Assembly (NCBI GenBank): GCA_036374815.1
Contig: DASUSZ010000232.1
Coordinates: forward strand, 1-55,667
DNA length: 55,667 nt
DNA from: Vicinamibacterales bacterium
GTDB taxonomy: Bacteria; Acidobacteriota; Vicinamibacteria; Vicinamibacterales; UBA2999
Direction: 5' to 3'
The translations under genes and the position numbers were made by a program. Positions 27,605 through 37,187 of the stretch are shown piece after piece; within the stretch, counting starts at the first letter, position 1, and the number at the start of each line of letters is the position of its first letter. The notes under the pieces were generated by a model. It was not told the origin of the DNA. It worked only from the letters and a program-made list of their open reading frames with translations, and made no database searches.

Positions 27605-30310
27605 ATGACGCAGAAGCACTCGATCGATTGGCGGCAACACGTTCGGACGAAGCTGCCGGCGCTGGCAACGGCGGCCGAGCGCGAAATCGAGATCGTCGAT
27701 GAGCTCGCGCTTCAGCTCGAGGCCACCTACGAACGCGAGCGCCGTCGCGGCGCCTCGCACCTGGAGGCGATGGCCGCGGCCGACGCCGAAGTGCCGGACT
27801 GGCCGGCCTTCGCGCGAACCGTCCGCACCATCGAGCGGCCCTACGTTCCACCACCGGTGGCAGGCGCCGGCCCGGGAGGCTTCATGACCGGTTTCATGCA
27901 GGACATTCGCTACGCGGTGCGCGCGCTTGGCCGCGCCCCCGGCTTCGCCGCCGTGTCGATCGTCACGCTGGCGCTCGGCATTGCCGCGACCACGATCGTC
28001 TATGCCATCGTCGACGGCATCCTGCTGCGGCCGCTGCCGATCGCGGAGCCCGAGCGCGTGATGCTCGCGCGTGAGACGTCGCCGGCCGGCACCGAGTTCG
28101 GTCTGTCGTGGCCGAACTTCCTCGACTGGTCGGCGCGGCAGACGTCGTTCGAAACGTTCGCCGGCTGGCGCGGCCTGACCGCGAACCTGACGGGGATCGA
28201 GCGGCCCCGCCGCCTCAACGTGCGACAGGTCACGTGGAATCTGCTGTCAGCGCTGGGGGTGAACGTTGCCGTGGGCCGCGACTTCACGGCCGGCGACGAC
28301 AAGTGGGGCGTGGAGCGGACGGCGATCGTCAGCCACGCGTTCTGGCAGCGCGAGCTTGGCGGAACCCCGGATGCGATCGGCCGCCGCATCATGCTCGACG
28401 AAGCGCCGGTCACCGTGATTGGCGTGCTTCCGGCCGGCTTCACCGTCGCCCGCGAAGAAGACATCTTCCTGCCGCTTGGAACTTATCTCGATCCAAACAA
28501 TCCCGCGATCATGCTGCGCGGCAATCACTCGAACCTGGCCGCCATCGCTCGTCTCCGCAACGGGGTCTCTGTCGAAGCGGCGACCGCGGAAATGAAGAGC
28601 ATTGCCCGGCAACTCGAGCAGGAGCATCCCGAAACCAACAGCGGCAACGGCGCGACCGTGAAGCCGCTGTTCGAAACGCTCGTCAGCACCGCGCGGCCCA
28701 TGCTCTACGTCTTGCTCGGCGCCGTTGCGACGATGCTGCTGATCGCCTGCGTCAACCTGGCCAACCTGATGCTGGCACGCGCCGCCGGCCGCACACAGGA
28801 AATGGCCGTGCGCCGCTCGCTCGGCGCCGCGCGATGGCGCATCGCGAGGCAGATGCTGACAGAAAGCCTGATGCTGGCGATCGCCGGCGGCATTGCCGGC
28901 GTCGGGCTCGCGTACACCGGCTTCGGCGCGATCGTCGCGCTGCTGCCGGCCAATCAACCACGCATCCACCTCATTTCGGTCGACTGGCGCGTGCTCGTCG
29001 CCGCAGCAACCGTATCGATCGCCACCGGCGTCCTGTTTGGATTGGTGCCGGCCATCCAGGCCGCGACCGGGCGATCGATGACGCTGCTGCGGAGCGCCCG
29101 CGTCACCGGCACGGGGCACGGCGGCGTCGGCACGCGGCGCACGCTGATGCTGGCCGAGGTCGCGCTGGCGCTGGTGCTCGTGACCGGCGCCGGATTGATG
29201 CTCCGGACGATGGGCCATCTTGCGGCGATCGACACCGGCGTCACGCGCGAACAGCTCGTCACCGCGCAATTCAATCTTCCGGCCCGTTACGACCAGACCA
29301 GGCGGCTGGTGTTCCTCGATCAATCGCTGGAACGGCTCCGCGCGATTCCAGGCGTCAGCAATGCGGCGTTCACTCTCTCGATCCCCGTCGCGGGGTCGAA
29401 TTGGAATTCGATCTTCATCATCGAAGGCCAGCCGGTCCCTGAACGCAGCAAGCTGCCGAGCTCGGCGTGGATCCCGGTCAGCCCCGAGTATTTCGACACG
29501 ATGGGCATGCGGCTGCTCGAGGGCAGGCTGTTCGACAGCCGCGACCGGACCGGCGCGCATAACGTGGTGATCGTGAATGAAACTTTCGCGCGGCGGTTTT
29601 TCGGCAGCAACAGTCCGATCGGCACGCGCGTCAAGCAGGGATGGCCGGAGGACTCGGGGCCGTATACGCCCTGGCGCGAGATCGTCGGCGTCGTCAACGA
29701 CGTGCGCATGAACAGCCTGCAAGGCGATCCCACGCTGCAGGCGTATCTGCCGGTCCGTCAAATGGGCCAGCGCTCCGGGGCCTTCGTCGTGCGCGCGTCA
29801 ACAGCGGCCGCGATGCTCGGGCGATCGATTGAAGGCGCGGTGCAGGAGATCGATCCGAACCTGCCCTTGTTCAACGTGCAGACGATGGATCAAATCATCG
29901 AGGCGGCCATCGGCAACGAGCGATTGACGATGGTCCTGTTGATGGGCTTTGCGTCGCTGGCGTTGTTGATGGCGGCGATCGGCGTGTTCGGCGTCACCGC
30001 CTACTCGGTGTCGCAGCGCACGCACGAGCTCGGCATCCGCATGGCGCTCGGCGCCAATCGCGGCAGCGTGCTGGCGCTGGTGCTGCGGCAGGAAATGGGC
30101 GCCTGCCTGGCCGGCATCGCGATCGGCGTGGTTGGCGCGTTCTTCCTGTCCTCGCTGCTCGAATCGCTCCTTTACGGGGTCACCGCGCGCGACGCGGCCA
30201 CGCTGTCGATCGCCGCGGTGGTGCTGCTGATGGTCACCATCTTTGCGTGCGTGATTCCGGCGCATCGCGCGACGCGGGTCGATCCGGTGACGGCCCTGCG
30301 GCTCGAATAG
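27605..30310 (+). CDS. ADOP family duplicated ABC-transporter permease (MacB/FtsX-like)
   Basis: A cytosolic N-terminal extension is followed by two MacB_PCD + FtsX units (LGAARWRIARQML and LGANRGSVLALVL). It lies immediately downstream of padR. The start at 27605 was chosen over 27533 to avoid overlapping padR. Confidence 0.9.
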   Translation: MTQKHSIDWRQHVRTKLPALATAAEREIEIVDELALQLEATYERERRRGASHLEAMAAADAEVPDWPAFARTVRTIERPYVPPPVAGAGPGGFMTGFMQDIRYAVRALGRAPGFAAVSIVTLALGIAATTIVYAIVDGILLRPLPIAEPERVMLARETSPAGTEFGLSWPNFLDWSARQTSFETFAGWRGLTANLTGIERPRRLNVRQVTWNLLSALGVNVAVGRDFTAGDDKWGVERTAIVSHAFWQRELGGTPDAIGRRIMLDEAPVTVIGVLPAGFTVAREEDIFLPLGTYLDPNNPAIMLRGNHSNLAAIARLRNGVSVEAATAEMKSIARQLEQEHPETNSGNGATVKPLFETLVSTARPMLYVLLGAVATMLLIACVNLANLMLARAAGRTQEMAVRRSLGAARWRIARQMLTESLMLAIAGGIAGVGLAYTGFGAIVALLPANQPRIHLISVDWRVLVAAATVSIATGVLFGLVPAIQAATGRSMTLLRSARVTGTGHGGVGTRRTLMLAEVALALVLVTGAGLMLRTMGHLAAIDTGVTREQLVTAQFNLPARYDQTRRLVFLDQSLERLRAIPGVSNAAFTLSIPVAGSNWNSIFIIEGQPVPERSKLPSSAWIPVSPEYFDTMGMRLLEGRLFDSRDRTGAHNVVIVNETFARRFFGSNSPIGTRVKQGWPEDSGPYTPWREIVGVVNDVRMNSLQGDPTLQAYLPVRQMGQRSGAFVVRASTAAAMLGRSIEGAVQEIDPNLPLFNVQTMDQIIEAAIGNERLTMVLLMGFASLALLMAAIGVFGVTAYSVSQRTHELGIRMALGANRGSVLALVLRQEMGACLAGIAIGVVGAFFLSSLLESLLYGVTARDAATLSIAAVVLLMVTIFACVIPAHRATRVDPVTALRLE

Positions 30311-30437
30311 CGCAGAAAATGCCACGAGGATGGCCGCACCGCATCGCGATATCTGCGTCGTCCAACGCGGCTCGATCGCCGAACGCGCCTGATTCTCGTC
30401 GTCTTCGAGCGGCGGCCGCCTTGCTTCAAGTGCGGCC

Positions 30438-32720
30438 ATGCCAACTCCGTACGATCATGGCGCGCTACTCGACGTGCGCGACGAGCAGTGGCGGCTCGCG
30501 CGCGCGCAACGGTTCGATCGCTGCACGATCCTGACGCTCGACGGCCGCGATCGATCGAACAGCGGCGCCCGGCTCCGCGTCATCGATCCCTTTGATCGTC
30601 CCCGGCCCGTTACCGGCCCCAAGCTTCGCAAACGCTCACGTCGCGCCATGATCGCCTGCGCAGTGGCGGCCATCGCCGCAGCGCGTCCCGCATTGGGGCT
30701 GTGGACGGCGGCCGCGGCTTCGATCGATCTGCTTCCCTATCAACTCGAGCCGGCGCTCGCAGTCATCCGCGGCGCCACGAGGCTGCTGCTCGCCGATGCC
30801 GTTGGTCTCGGCAAGACGATTCAAGCCGGGTTGATCCTGTCGGAGCTGCGCGAGCGCGGCTGGGTCGACCACGCCTTGATTGTTTGCCCCGCGGGCGTGC
30901 GTCACGTCTGGGCCCGTGAGCTGTCACAGCGGTTCCAGATTCCGGCGCGCGTGCTCGATCAAGGCGCGATTGCCGAACGCGTCGCCGAGCTTCCTCCGGG
31001 CGTGAGCCCGTGGTCGGGCCACGGCGTTGCGATCGCGTCGATCGATTTCGTGAAGCGACCCGAAGTGCTCTCGGCGATCGAACGCGAGCCAATCGATCTG
31101 CTGATCGCCGATGAAGCGCATCATCTCTCGCCCGGCACCGATCGCGGCGCCGCGGTGTCGCGGCTCGCGTCGCGGTCGCCGTGGTGCGTGTTCGTCTCGG
31201 CGACGCCGCACTCCGGCGATCGAGCCGCGTTCGACTACCTGACCGCGATGGGCGCGGCGACCGATCCGATTGCGATCTTCCGCCGCCGCCGCACCGACGC
31301 CGGCCTCGACGAAGCGAGACGCACTCACCTGCTGGCCGTGCGGCCGTCGGCCGCCGAAGGCGCGCTGCTGAGCGCGATCGATCGATACGCAAAGGCAGTC
31401 TGGGCGGCCCGGGGAAAGGAGAATCCGGCGGTCCGCCTCGTCGCGATGACGATGGCGCGGAGGGCGGCGTCTTCGCCGGCCGCGATCCTGCGCACGCTGA
31501 CAAGGCGGCGGGCGCTGCTGTCGGCCGAAGCTGTCGATGCGGTGCAGCCCGCGCTGCCGTGGGAAGAAACCGACGCCGCCGACGATCTCGATACCGATGA
31601 CACGCTTGGCGTTGCAGGCCTCGCCGATGCTCGCGAGGAACAAGGGGCGCTCGACGGCCTGATCGCGTTGGCCCGGCAGTGCGCGGCCAGCACGAAGATC
31701 GCTCGTCTCTGCCGTCTGCTCGACCGCGCCGGTGAGCCGGCGGTGGTGTTTACCGAATACCGCGACACGCTCGAATCGCTGGCGCCGGCCCTGTCGCCTT
31801 CGTGCCGCGTGTCGTCGATCCACGGCGGCCTCCCCACCGACGCCAGGCGCGCGATCGTCGATGCGTTCAACGCCGGCGGCGCCGATGTGCTGATTGCGAC
31901 CGACGCCGCTGGTGAGGGGCTGAACCTGCACCATCGCTGCCGGCTGGTGATCGATGTCGAGCTGCCGTGGAATCCGCTGCGGCTGGAGCAGCGTGTCGGC
32001 CGCGTCGATCGAATTGGCCAGCAGCGGACGGTCCATGCGATTCGCCTGTTCCACCCCGGCACGATCGAGAGCGAAGTGCTCGAGCACCTGCGCTTGAGGC
32101 GCCAGCGCGCCGAAGATGCGCTCGATCGTCCGCTGAACGATTCCGCGGTAGCGAGAGCGATCTTCGAAGGCGCGGCTGTCGATGCAACACCGGCCCTCGT
32201 TCGCTGTCATTCGATCGATGCACGCGAAGAGGCACGAAGATGCGAAGCGCAGCGGCGGTTCCTGCCGGTGGATGCCGTCCGCAGCTGGTCCGCGCCTCGT
32301 CGCGGCGCGCCGCCGTTGACGGCGCTATACCGGCGCGCGCGGTTCAACGAAGACGGCGGCTGCATCGGCGAACAGCTTCACGCCTTGCGCGTCGCAATCG
32401 GCAGGCGTCCGACCAGCCGCAAGGAGTGGCGCTGTCTGATCGACCGCATCGAATCACTCGATGGCGGGTGGAGCGACGATCCGCCGGCCGCTCGTGAAGT
32501 GCTCGCCGGCCGCATCGAATCAATCCGGCAGCAACTGCGACGAGCGAACCCGGTTCGGTATCAGCGCTCGCTGTTCGATCGCCGGCCCGACGCGGGTGCA
32601 ATCGAACGACAGGCGGTCGTCGAACGCCTCGATCAGGCGCTGGCGCGGATCGTGGTGCGTGTGAACGGCGATCGCACGCGCACCGAGCTGGTCGCGTTGT
32701 GGCCGGAGCGGCGCCGGTGA
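30438..32720 (+). CDS. SNF2-family SF2 helicase/translocase with uncharacterised N- and C-terminal extensions
   Basis: Motif I LLADAVGLGKT, motif II LLIADEAHHL, motif III VFVSATPHSG, motif V LIATDAAGEGLNL, motif VI QRVGRVDRIGQ. Confidence 0.85.
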   Translation: MPTPYDHGALLDVRDEQWRLARAQRFDRCTILTLDGRDRSNSGARLRVIDPFDRPRPVTGPKLRKRSRRAMIACAVAAIAAARPALGLWTAAAASIDLLPYQLEPALAVIRGATRLLLADAVGLGKTIQAGLILSELRERGWVDHALIVCPAGVRHVWARELSQRFQIPARVLDQGAIAERVAELPPGVSPWSGHGVAIASIDFVKRPEVLSAIEREPIDLLIADEAHHLSPGTDRGAAVSRLASRSPWCVFVSATPHSGDRAAFDYLTAMGAATDPIAIFRRRRTDAGLDEARRTHLLAVRPSAAEGALLSAIDRYAKAVWAARGKENPAVRLVAMTMARRAASSPAAILRTLTRRRALLSAEAVDAVQPALPWEETDAADDLDTDDTLGVAGLADAREEQGALDGLIALARQCAASTKIARLCRLLDRAGEPAVVFTEYRDTLESLAPALSPSCRVSSIHGGLPTDARRAIVDAFNAGGADVLIATDAAGEGLNLHHRCRLVIDVELPWNPLRLEQRVGRVDRIGQQRTVHAIRLFHPGTIESEVLEHLRLRRQRAEDALDRPLNDSAVARAIFEGAAVDATPALVRCHSIDAREEARRCEAQRRFLPVDAVRSWSAPRRGAPPLTALYRRARFNEDGGCIGEQLHALRVAIGRRPTSRKEWRCLIDRIESLDGGWSDDPPAAREVLAGRIESIRQQLRRANPVRYQRSLFDRRPDAGAIERQAVVERLDQALARIVVRVNGDRTRTELVALWPERRR

Positions 32721-35700
32721 TCGCCGGGTTCGGCGGCGGTCTGATCTCGCACACCTATCTCGAGGAGGAGGCGCTGCCCGCGCTCGAACGCGCGCGGATC
32801 GCGGTGTTCGAGCGCCGGTTTGCGCGGTGGTGGGAGCGTGCCTCTGCTTCACTCGGTCCGGCATCGAGCGTCCGCGCCATCGCGGACGTCGCGGTGCTGC
32901 CGCTGCTGGAGGTGCTCGAGATCGGACGGCCTGCCTTGTCGGCGCTCGACGGCGCGCTGATCGCGCCAATGCCCGCGATACGCAGCATCTTGTTGATCAA
33001 TTCGTGGGCAGATACGCCGGATTCGATCTGGCGGCAGGCGGTTCGCGCCGGCGTGGCCGAGCGGCACTCGTGGGCGATCGTCTGCAACGGACGATCGCTG
33101 CGCATCATCGATTGCACGCGATCGTGGTCGAGAGCAGCAATCCACTTCGACTTCGAGCAGCTGGTCCTCAGTCCGAAAGGCGTGACGGTGTTGTGGATGC
33201 TGGCGCGGGCGCTCGCGGGGTCGGCCGCCTCATTGCGACAGCACGTCGATGCATCCGACGCGCGCGCATCGCGCGTCTGCCGCTCGCTCGGTGACGGCGT
33301 GCTGGCGGCGCTGCCGGCCTTGGCGACCGCTCTGGCGATCGCGCCGCGGCAGCACGTGTACCGCTCGGCGGCCTTCGATCAGTCACTCATGCTCGTGTAT
33401 CGCATCTTGTTCCTGCTCTTCGCCGAAGCGCGCGCTCTCGTGCCGGTCTGGAACGATGTGTATCGCGACGCCTATACGGTGGAGGCGCTGCTGCGAGCAT
33501 CGCAGCGATCGCCGGCACGCGCGGACTCGGCACGATTGTGGAAGTCATTCCAGGCCATTTCCCGTCTCGCTCACGCAGGTTGCCGCGCGGGCGATCTGGA
33601 TGTGACCGCCTTCAACGGCCGGTTGTTCTCTCCCCGCCACGCGCCGCTGGTCGAGCAGCGCAAGGTATCCGACGCCGTCATGCGCGAGGTGCTACAGGCG
33701 CTGGCGACCGAACAGACAGCGCAGGGCCGGCGGCGCATTTCGTATCACGATCTTGGCGTCGAGCAGCTTGGTTCTGTCTACGAACGCGTGCTCGAGCACG
33801 AACCCTCTTGGTCCGGTGCGGCCGTTGTCTTGACTCGAACGTCGCAGCAACGCAAGAGCACCGGCAGCTTCTACACGCCGCAGGCACTTACGGAATTTCT
33901 GGTGCGGCGAACGCTCGCGCCGGTCGTCGACGGACGAAGCGCCGACCAGATTCTGCGGCTGCGCGTCGTCGATCCCGCGATGGGCAGCGGCGCCTTTCTC
34001 GTGGCCGCGTGCGTGTACCTGGCCGAGTGCTGTGAGCACGCGCTGATTCGCGACGGCCGGTTAACGGCGGCGGAGGTCACCACTTCGGATCGCGCCTCGT
34101 TGCGACGGCAGGTGGCCGAGCGCTGTTTATACGGCGTCGATCTGAATCCAACCGCCGTGCAGTTGTCGCGCCTGTCGCTCTGGTTGACAACGCTCGCCGC
34201 CGATCGGCCGCTGACGTTTCTCGATCACCACCTCGCCGCCGGCAACAGCCTGATCGGCGCGCGGCTCGGCGATCTGTCGCGGCCGCCGGGATCCCGCACC
34301 GGCAGCTCGCCTGTCAGGCTGCCGTTGTTCGACGATCAGAACGCGGAAGAGGTCTCCGCGCGCGTTCTGCCGGTTCGTCTGCGTCTGTCGACCGCTTCCG
34401 ACTCGATCGCGATCGTCAAGGACAAGGAGCGGGCGATGCAATTGCTCGCGTCGCAAAACGGTCCGCTCGCCAAATGGTCGGCCGCCGCCGACGCGTGGTG
34501 CGCGGCGACGTTGTGGCCGGGACCGCCGCCATCCGCCGGTGTGGTCGGCGAATGGATAGCCGCCGCAACTGGCAGCCAGACGACGCTGCCGGCCGGTCAA
34601 TTGAGCGCTTCGCTTCAGCGCGCGCGTGAAATCGCCGCATCGCATTCCGCCTTCCATTGGGAGCTCGCGTTCCCCGAAGTGTTCTTCGACGCCGGCGGAC
34701 ATCCAGCCGCGGACGGCGGCTTCGACGCGGTCATCGGCAACCCGCCGTGGTCGATCGTGCAGGCTTCGAAAGGCTATCGCAGCCGCACGACCGGGCATCC
34801 GAACAGCTATCAGCTGTTTCTCGATCGCGCGCTGCAGCTGGCACGACGCGGCGGCCGCATCGGATTGATCCTGCCGTCAGGCATCGCCACGGATCATGGC
34901 AGCGCAGCGCTGCGGCGCCGGCTGCTCGAACGAACGACGATCGATACGTGGATCGGCTTCGACAATCGCAGCCGGATCTTTCCGATCCACCGCAGCGTGC
35001 GGTTTGTGGTGCTGGCAACGAGCAACGCGGGCTCGACCGAGGCCTTGCGGTTTCGCTGCGGCCTCACCGACGTTGCGGATCTCGATCGCGACGGCGAACC
35101 GCTCTCCGTGTCGCGATCGCGAATCGCCGCGTGGAGTCCTCGGCATTTGACGATCCCGGAGGTCACCAACCGAACGGCGCTCGGCATTCTCGCCGGCATC
35201 TCCGATCGCGTGCCGGCGCTCGGCGACCGCAGTGGATGGAACGTGCACTTCGGCCGCGAGCTGAACGCGACCGATGACCGGCACAGCTTCGTGCCGCTCG
35301 GCTCCCGCCGCGGCTTGCTGCCGATCGTCGAGGGCAAGCAGTTGTCGCCGTTCCGGATCGACGTCAATCGCTCGACGCACGGCGTCGCGGGCAAGACGGC
35401 GCGGGAGCGAATTGCCTACCGCGAAGTGGCGAGCGCCACCAACAAGCTGACGCTGATCGCGGCGATGCTGCCCGCGAACGTCATCTCGACGCATACGGTT
35501 TTCTGTCTGAAAACCAATCTCGACCGGGACTCGCAGTGGTGTCTGCTTGCTCTGCTCAACAGCCTGGCTGCGAACTACCTGGTGCGCCTGAACGTGACCA
35601 CTCACGTGACGGCGGCCGCGATGTCGCGCCTGCGCGTGCCGCGTCCCGTGCAAGGCTCCCGTGACTTCGCGCGCCTCGTCTCTCTCGCGCGCTCGCTGGC

Positions 35701-35869
35701 ATCAACCGGCGTCGACGCCAACGTAACCGCCTACGCCGCCCTCAACGCCCTCGCCGCGCGCCTCTACGGTCTCACGCGCGACGAATACGCATTCATCCTC
35801 GACACCTTCCCGCTGATCCCGAAGTTGCAGCGTGAGTGCTGCTTAGCAGCTTTGGCTCCCGCTACCTGA
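32699..35869 (+). CDS. Eco57I/TaqI-type N6-adenine DNA methyltransferase with large N-terminal domain and C-terminal TRD-like domain
   Basis: FYTPQALTEFL, VVDPAMGSGAFL, YGVDLNPTAVQLSRLSLWL, FDAVIGNPPW and GGRIGLILPSG. Candidate GTG starts at 32699 or 32717 overlap the helicase stop codon (32718-32720). Confidence 0.85.
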   Translation: MAGAAPVIAGFGGGLISHTYLEEEALPALERARIAVFERRFARWWERASASLGPASSVRAIADVAVLPLLEVLEIGRPALSALDGALIAPMPAIRSILLINSWADTPDSIWRQAVRAGVAERHSWAIVCNGRSLRIIDCTRSWSRAAIHFDFEQLVLSPKGVTVLWMLARALAGSAASLRQHVDASDARASRVCRSLGDGVLAALPALATALAIAPRQHVYRSAAFDQSLMLVYRILFLLFAEARALVPVWNDVYRDAYTVEALLRASQRSPARADSARLWKSFQAISRLAHAGCRAGDLDVTAFNGRLFSPRHAPLVEQRKVSDAVMREVLQALATEQTAQGRRRISYHDLGVEQLGSVYERVLEHEPSWSGAAVVLTRTSQQRKSTGSFYTPQALTEFLVRRTLAPVVDGRSADQILRLRVVDPAMGSGAFLVAACVYLAECCEHALIRDGRLTAAEVTTSDRASLRRQVAERCLYGVDLNPTAVQLSRLSLWLTTLAADRPLTFLDHHLAAGNSLIGARLGDLSRPPGSRTGSSPVRLPLFDDQNAEEVSARVLPVRLRLSTASDSIAIVKDKERAMQLLASQNGPLAKWSAAADAWCAATLWPGPPPSAGVVGEWIAAATGSQTTLPAGQLSASLQRAREIAASHSAFHWELAFPEVFFDAGGHPAADGGFDAVIGNPPWSIVQASKGYRSRTTGHPNSYQLFLDRALQLARRGGRIGLILPSGIATDHGSAALRRRLLERTTIDTWIGFDNRSRIFPIHRSVRFVVLATSNAGSTEALRFRCGLTDVADLDRDGEPLSVSRSRIAAWSPRHLTIPEVTNRTALGILAGISDRVPALGDRSGWNVHFGRELNATDDRHSFVPLGSRRGLLPIVEGKQLSPFRIDVNRSTHGVAGKTARERIAYREVASATNKLTLIAAMLPANVISTHTVFCLKTNLDRDSQWCLLALLNSLAANYLVRLNVTTHVTAAAMSRLRVPRPVQGSRDFARLVSLARSLASTGVDANVTAYAALNALAARLYGLTRDEYAFILDTFPLIPKLQRECCLAALAPAT

Positions 35870-36159
35870 ACATTCGTATCAAGCAGCGTTAGCACTCGAG
35901 TTCGATGCGAACGGCATCAGCTACGTCGACGACCGCACGATTGAAGTTCGTTATCGCGACGTCGTGGTCGGCTCGCACCGACCCGGCTTCATCGTCGAAG
36001 ACAAGGTCGTCGTCGAGCTCAAGGCGGCGACGAACATCGACCCCGTGCATGCCAAGCAGGGTACTGACTTACCTGAAGCTAACGGGTTTGCGCGTCGGGC
36101 TCTTATTGAACTTCAACGCGGCAACGATGACCCACGGTATCAAGCGTTATCAGCTGTAA
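35847..36159 (+). pseudogene. GxxExxY protein (PD-(D/E)XK superfamily) remnant: 5'-truncated and frameshifted
   Basis: Frame A reads PLPEHSYQAALALEFDANGISY...GFIVEDKVVVELKAATNIDPVHAKQ. After a 1-nt shift in the G-run at about 36058-36060, frame B reads VLTYLKLTGLRVGLLLNFN...IKRYQL. The N-terminal 25-30 residues are missing, and the remnant overlaps the methyltransferase 3' end. Confidence 0.7.
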
Positions 36160-36166
36160 ATAAAGT

Positions 36167-36198
36167 TTCCGTGCTTCTGTGCTTCCGTACTTCCGTGT
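36167..36198. repeat. 4 x 8-bp tandem repeat TTCCGTGC-like
   Basis: Units are ttccgtgc, ttctgtgc, ttccgtac and ttccgtgt, lying between the pseudogene stop and the panE stop. Confidence 0.85.
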
Positions 36199-36206
36199 AT
36201 GTTTGT

Positions 36207-37139
36207 TCACTTCAGCGATCCGTCGGCATGCGGCTTCAACAGCGCGTACAACGTCGCGGTGATCGGGACGGGTACTCCATGCCTGGCAGCTCGTCGCACG
36301 GCGGCGCCTTGCAATGCTTCGACCTCGATTCTCTTTCCCTGCTCGAGATCGATCAGCAGCGACGACCTCGTCGTCGGCGGCAGATTCGTCATGTATTCCT
36401 CGAGCGTCTCGAAGCGGTTCGCGGAGATCTCGACGCCTTCCGCGCTGGCGATCGCGGCGATTTCCCGCGAGCAGGCGTAGAACATCTCCCGCACGTGCGG
36501 GTACTTCCAGATGTGGCCGATTGCCAGGCGCGACGCGCCGGTGAAGCCGGAAAACGCGGCCAGGTAGACGTACTTGTCCCAGATCGGAATGCGCGCGTCG
36601 GGGACCGCCGTTGTCACGATGTCGGCGTCCGCCATGACGTCGGCGATCGCCTGCACGCGCGGCGTGATGCGGCCGCGCTGACCGAACACTTCGCCGAAGA
36701 TGATCGATCGGTGCACGCCGGTCTGCACGATCAGCCCCGGCCCTTCGAGCGCGGTGGCGACGTAGGTGGTGCCGCCGAGCACGTGCTGCTCGCCGACGAT
36801 CGCCGCAACATCATCGGCGCTGTCGACGCCATTCTGCAGCGTGAGCACAACGGTGTCGCGCCCGATCAGCGGCTTCAACATCGGCAGCGCCGTCGCGTTG
36901 TCGTAGGCCTTCACCGACACCATCGCGACGTCGACCGGGCCGATCCTTGCCGTGTCGTTCTCCGCCGGCGCTCGCACCACGAAATCGCCGAGCTTGTCGC
37001 TCTTGATCTCCAAACCCTTGTTGCGAATGGCGTCGAGGTGCGCGCCGCGCGCGATAAAAGTGACGTCCTGGCCGGCGCGAGCGAGTTTCGCGCCGAAATA
37101 CCCGCCCACCGCACCCGAACCGAGAATCGCGAATCGCAT
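36207..37139 (-). CDS. panE: 2-dehydropantoate 2-reductase
   Basis: The start at 37139 gives MRFAILGSGAVGGYFGAKLA. The ApbA/PanE pattern includes SSLLIDLEQGKRIEVE. The 1114-aa extension listed in the ORF track is an antisense artefact. Confidence 0.85.
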   Translation of the reverse strand: MRFAILGSGAVGGYFGAKLARAGQDVTFIARGAHLDAIRNKGLEIKSDKLGDFVVRAPAENDTARIGPVDVAMVSVKAYDNATALPMLKPLIGRDTVVLTLQNGVDSADDVAAIVGEQHVLGGTTYVATALEGPGLIVQTGVHRSIIFGEVFGQRGRITPRVQAIADVMADADIVTTAVPDARIPIWDKYVYLAAFSGFTGASRLAIGHIWKYPHVREMFYACSREIAAIASAEGVEISANRFETLEEYMTNLPPTTRSSLLIDLEQGKRIEVEALQGAAVRRAARHGVPVPITATLYALLKPHADGSLK

Positions 37140-37187
37140 CCGCAAACTCTGACACGAAAGCGCCGAATGACCGAAACACGCTAGAAT

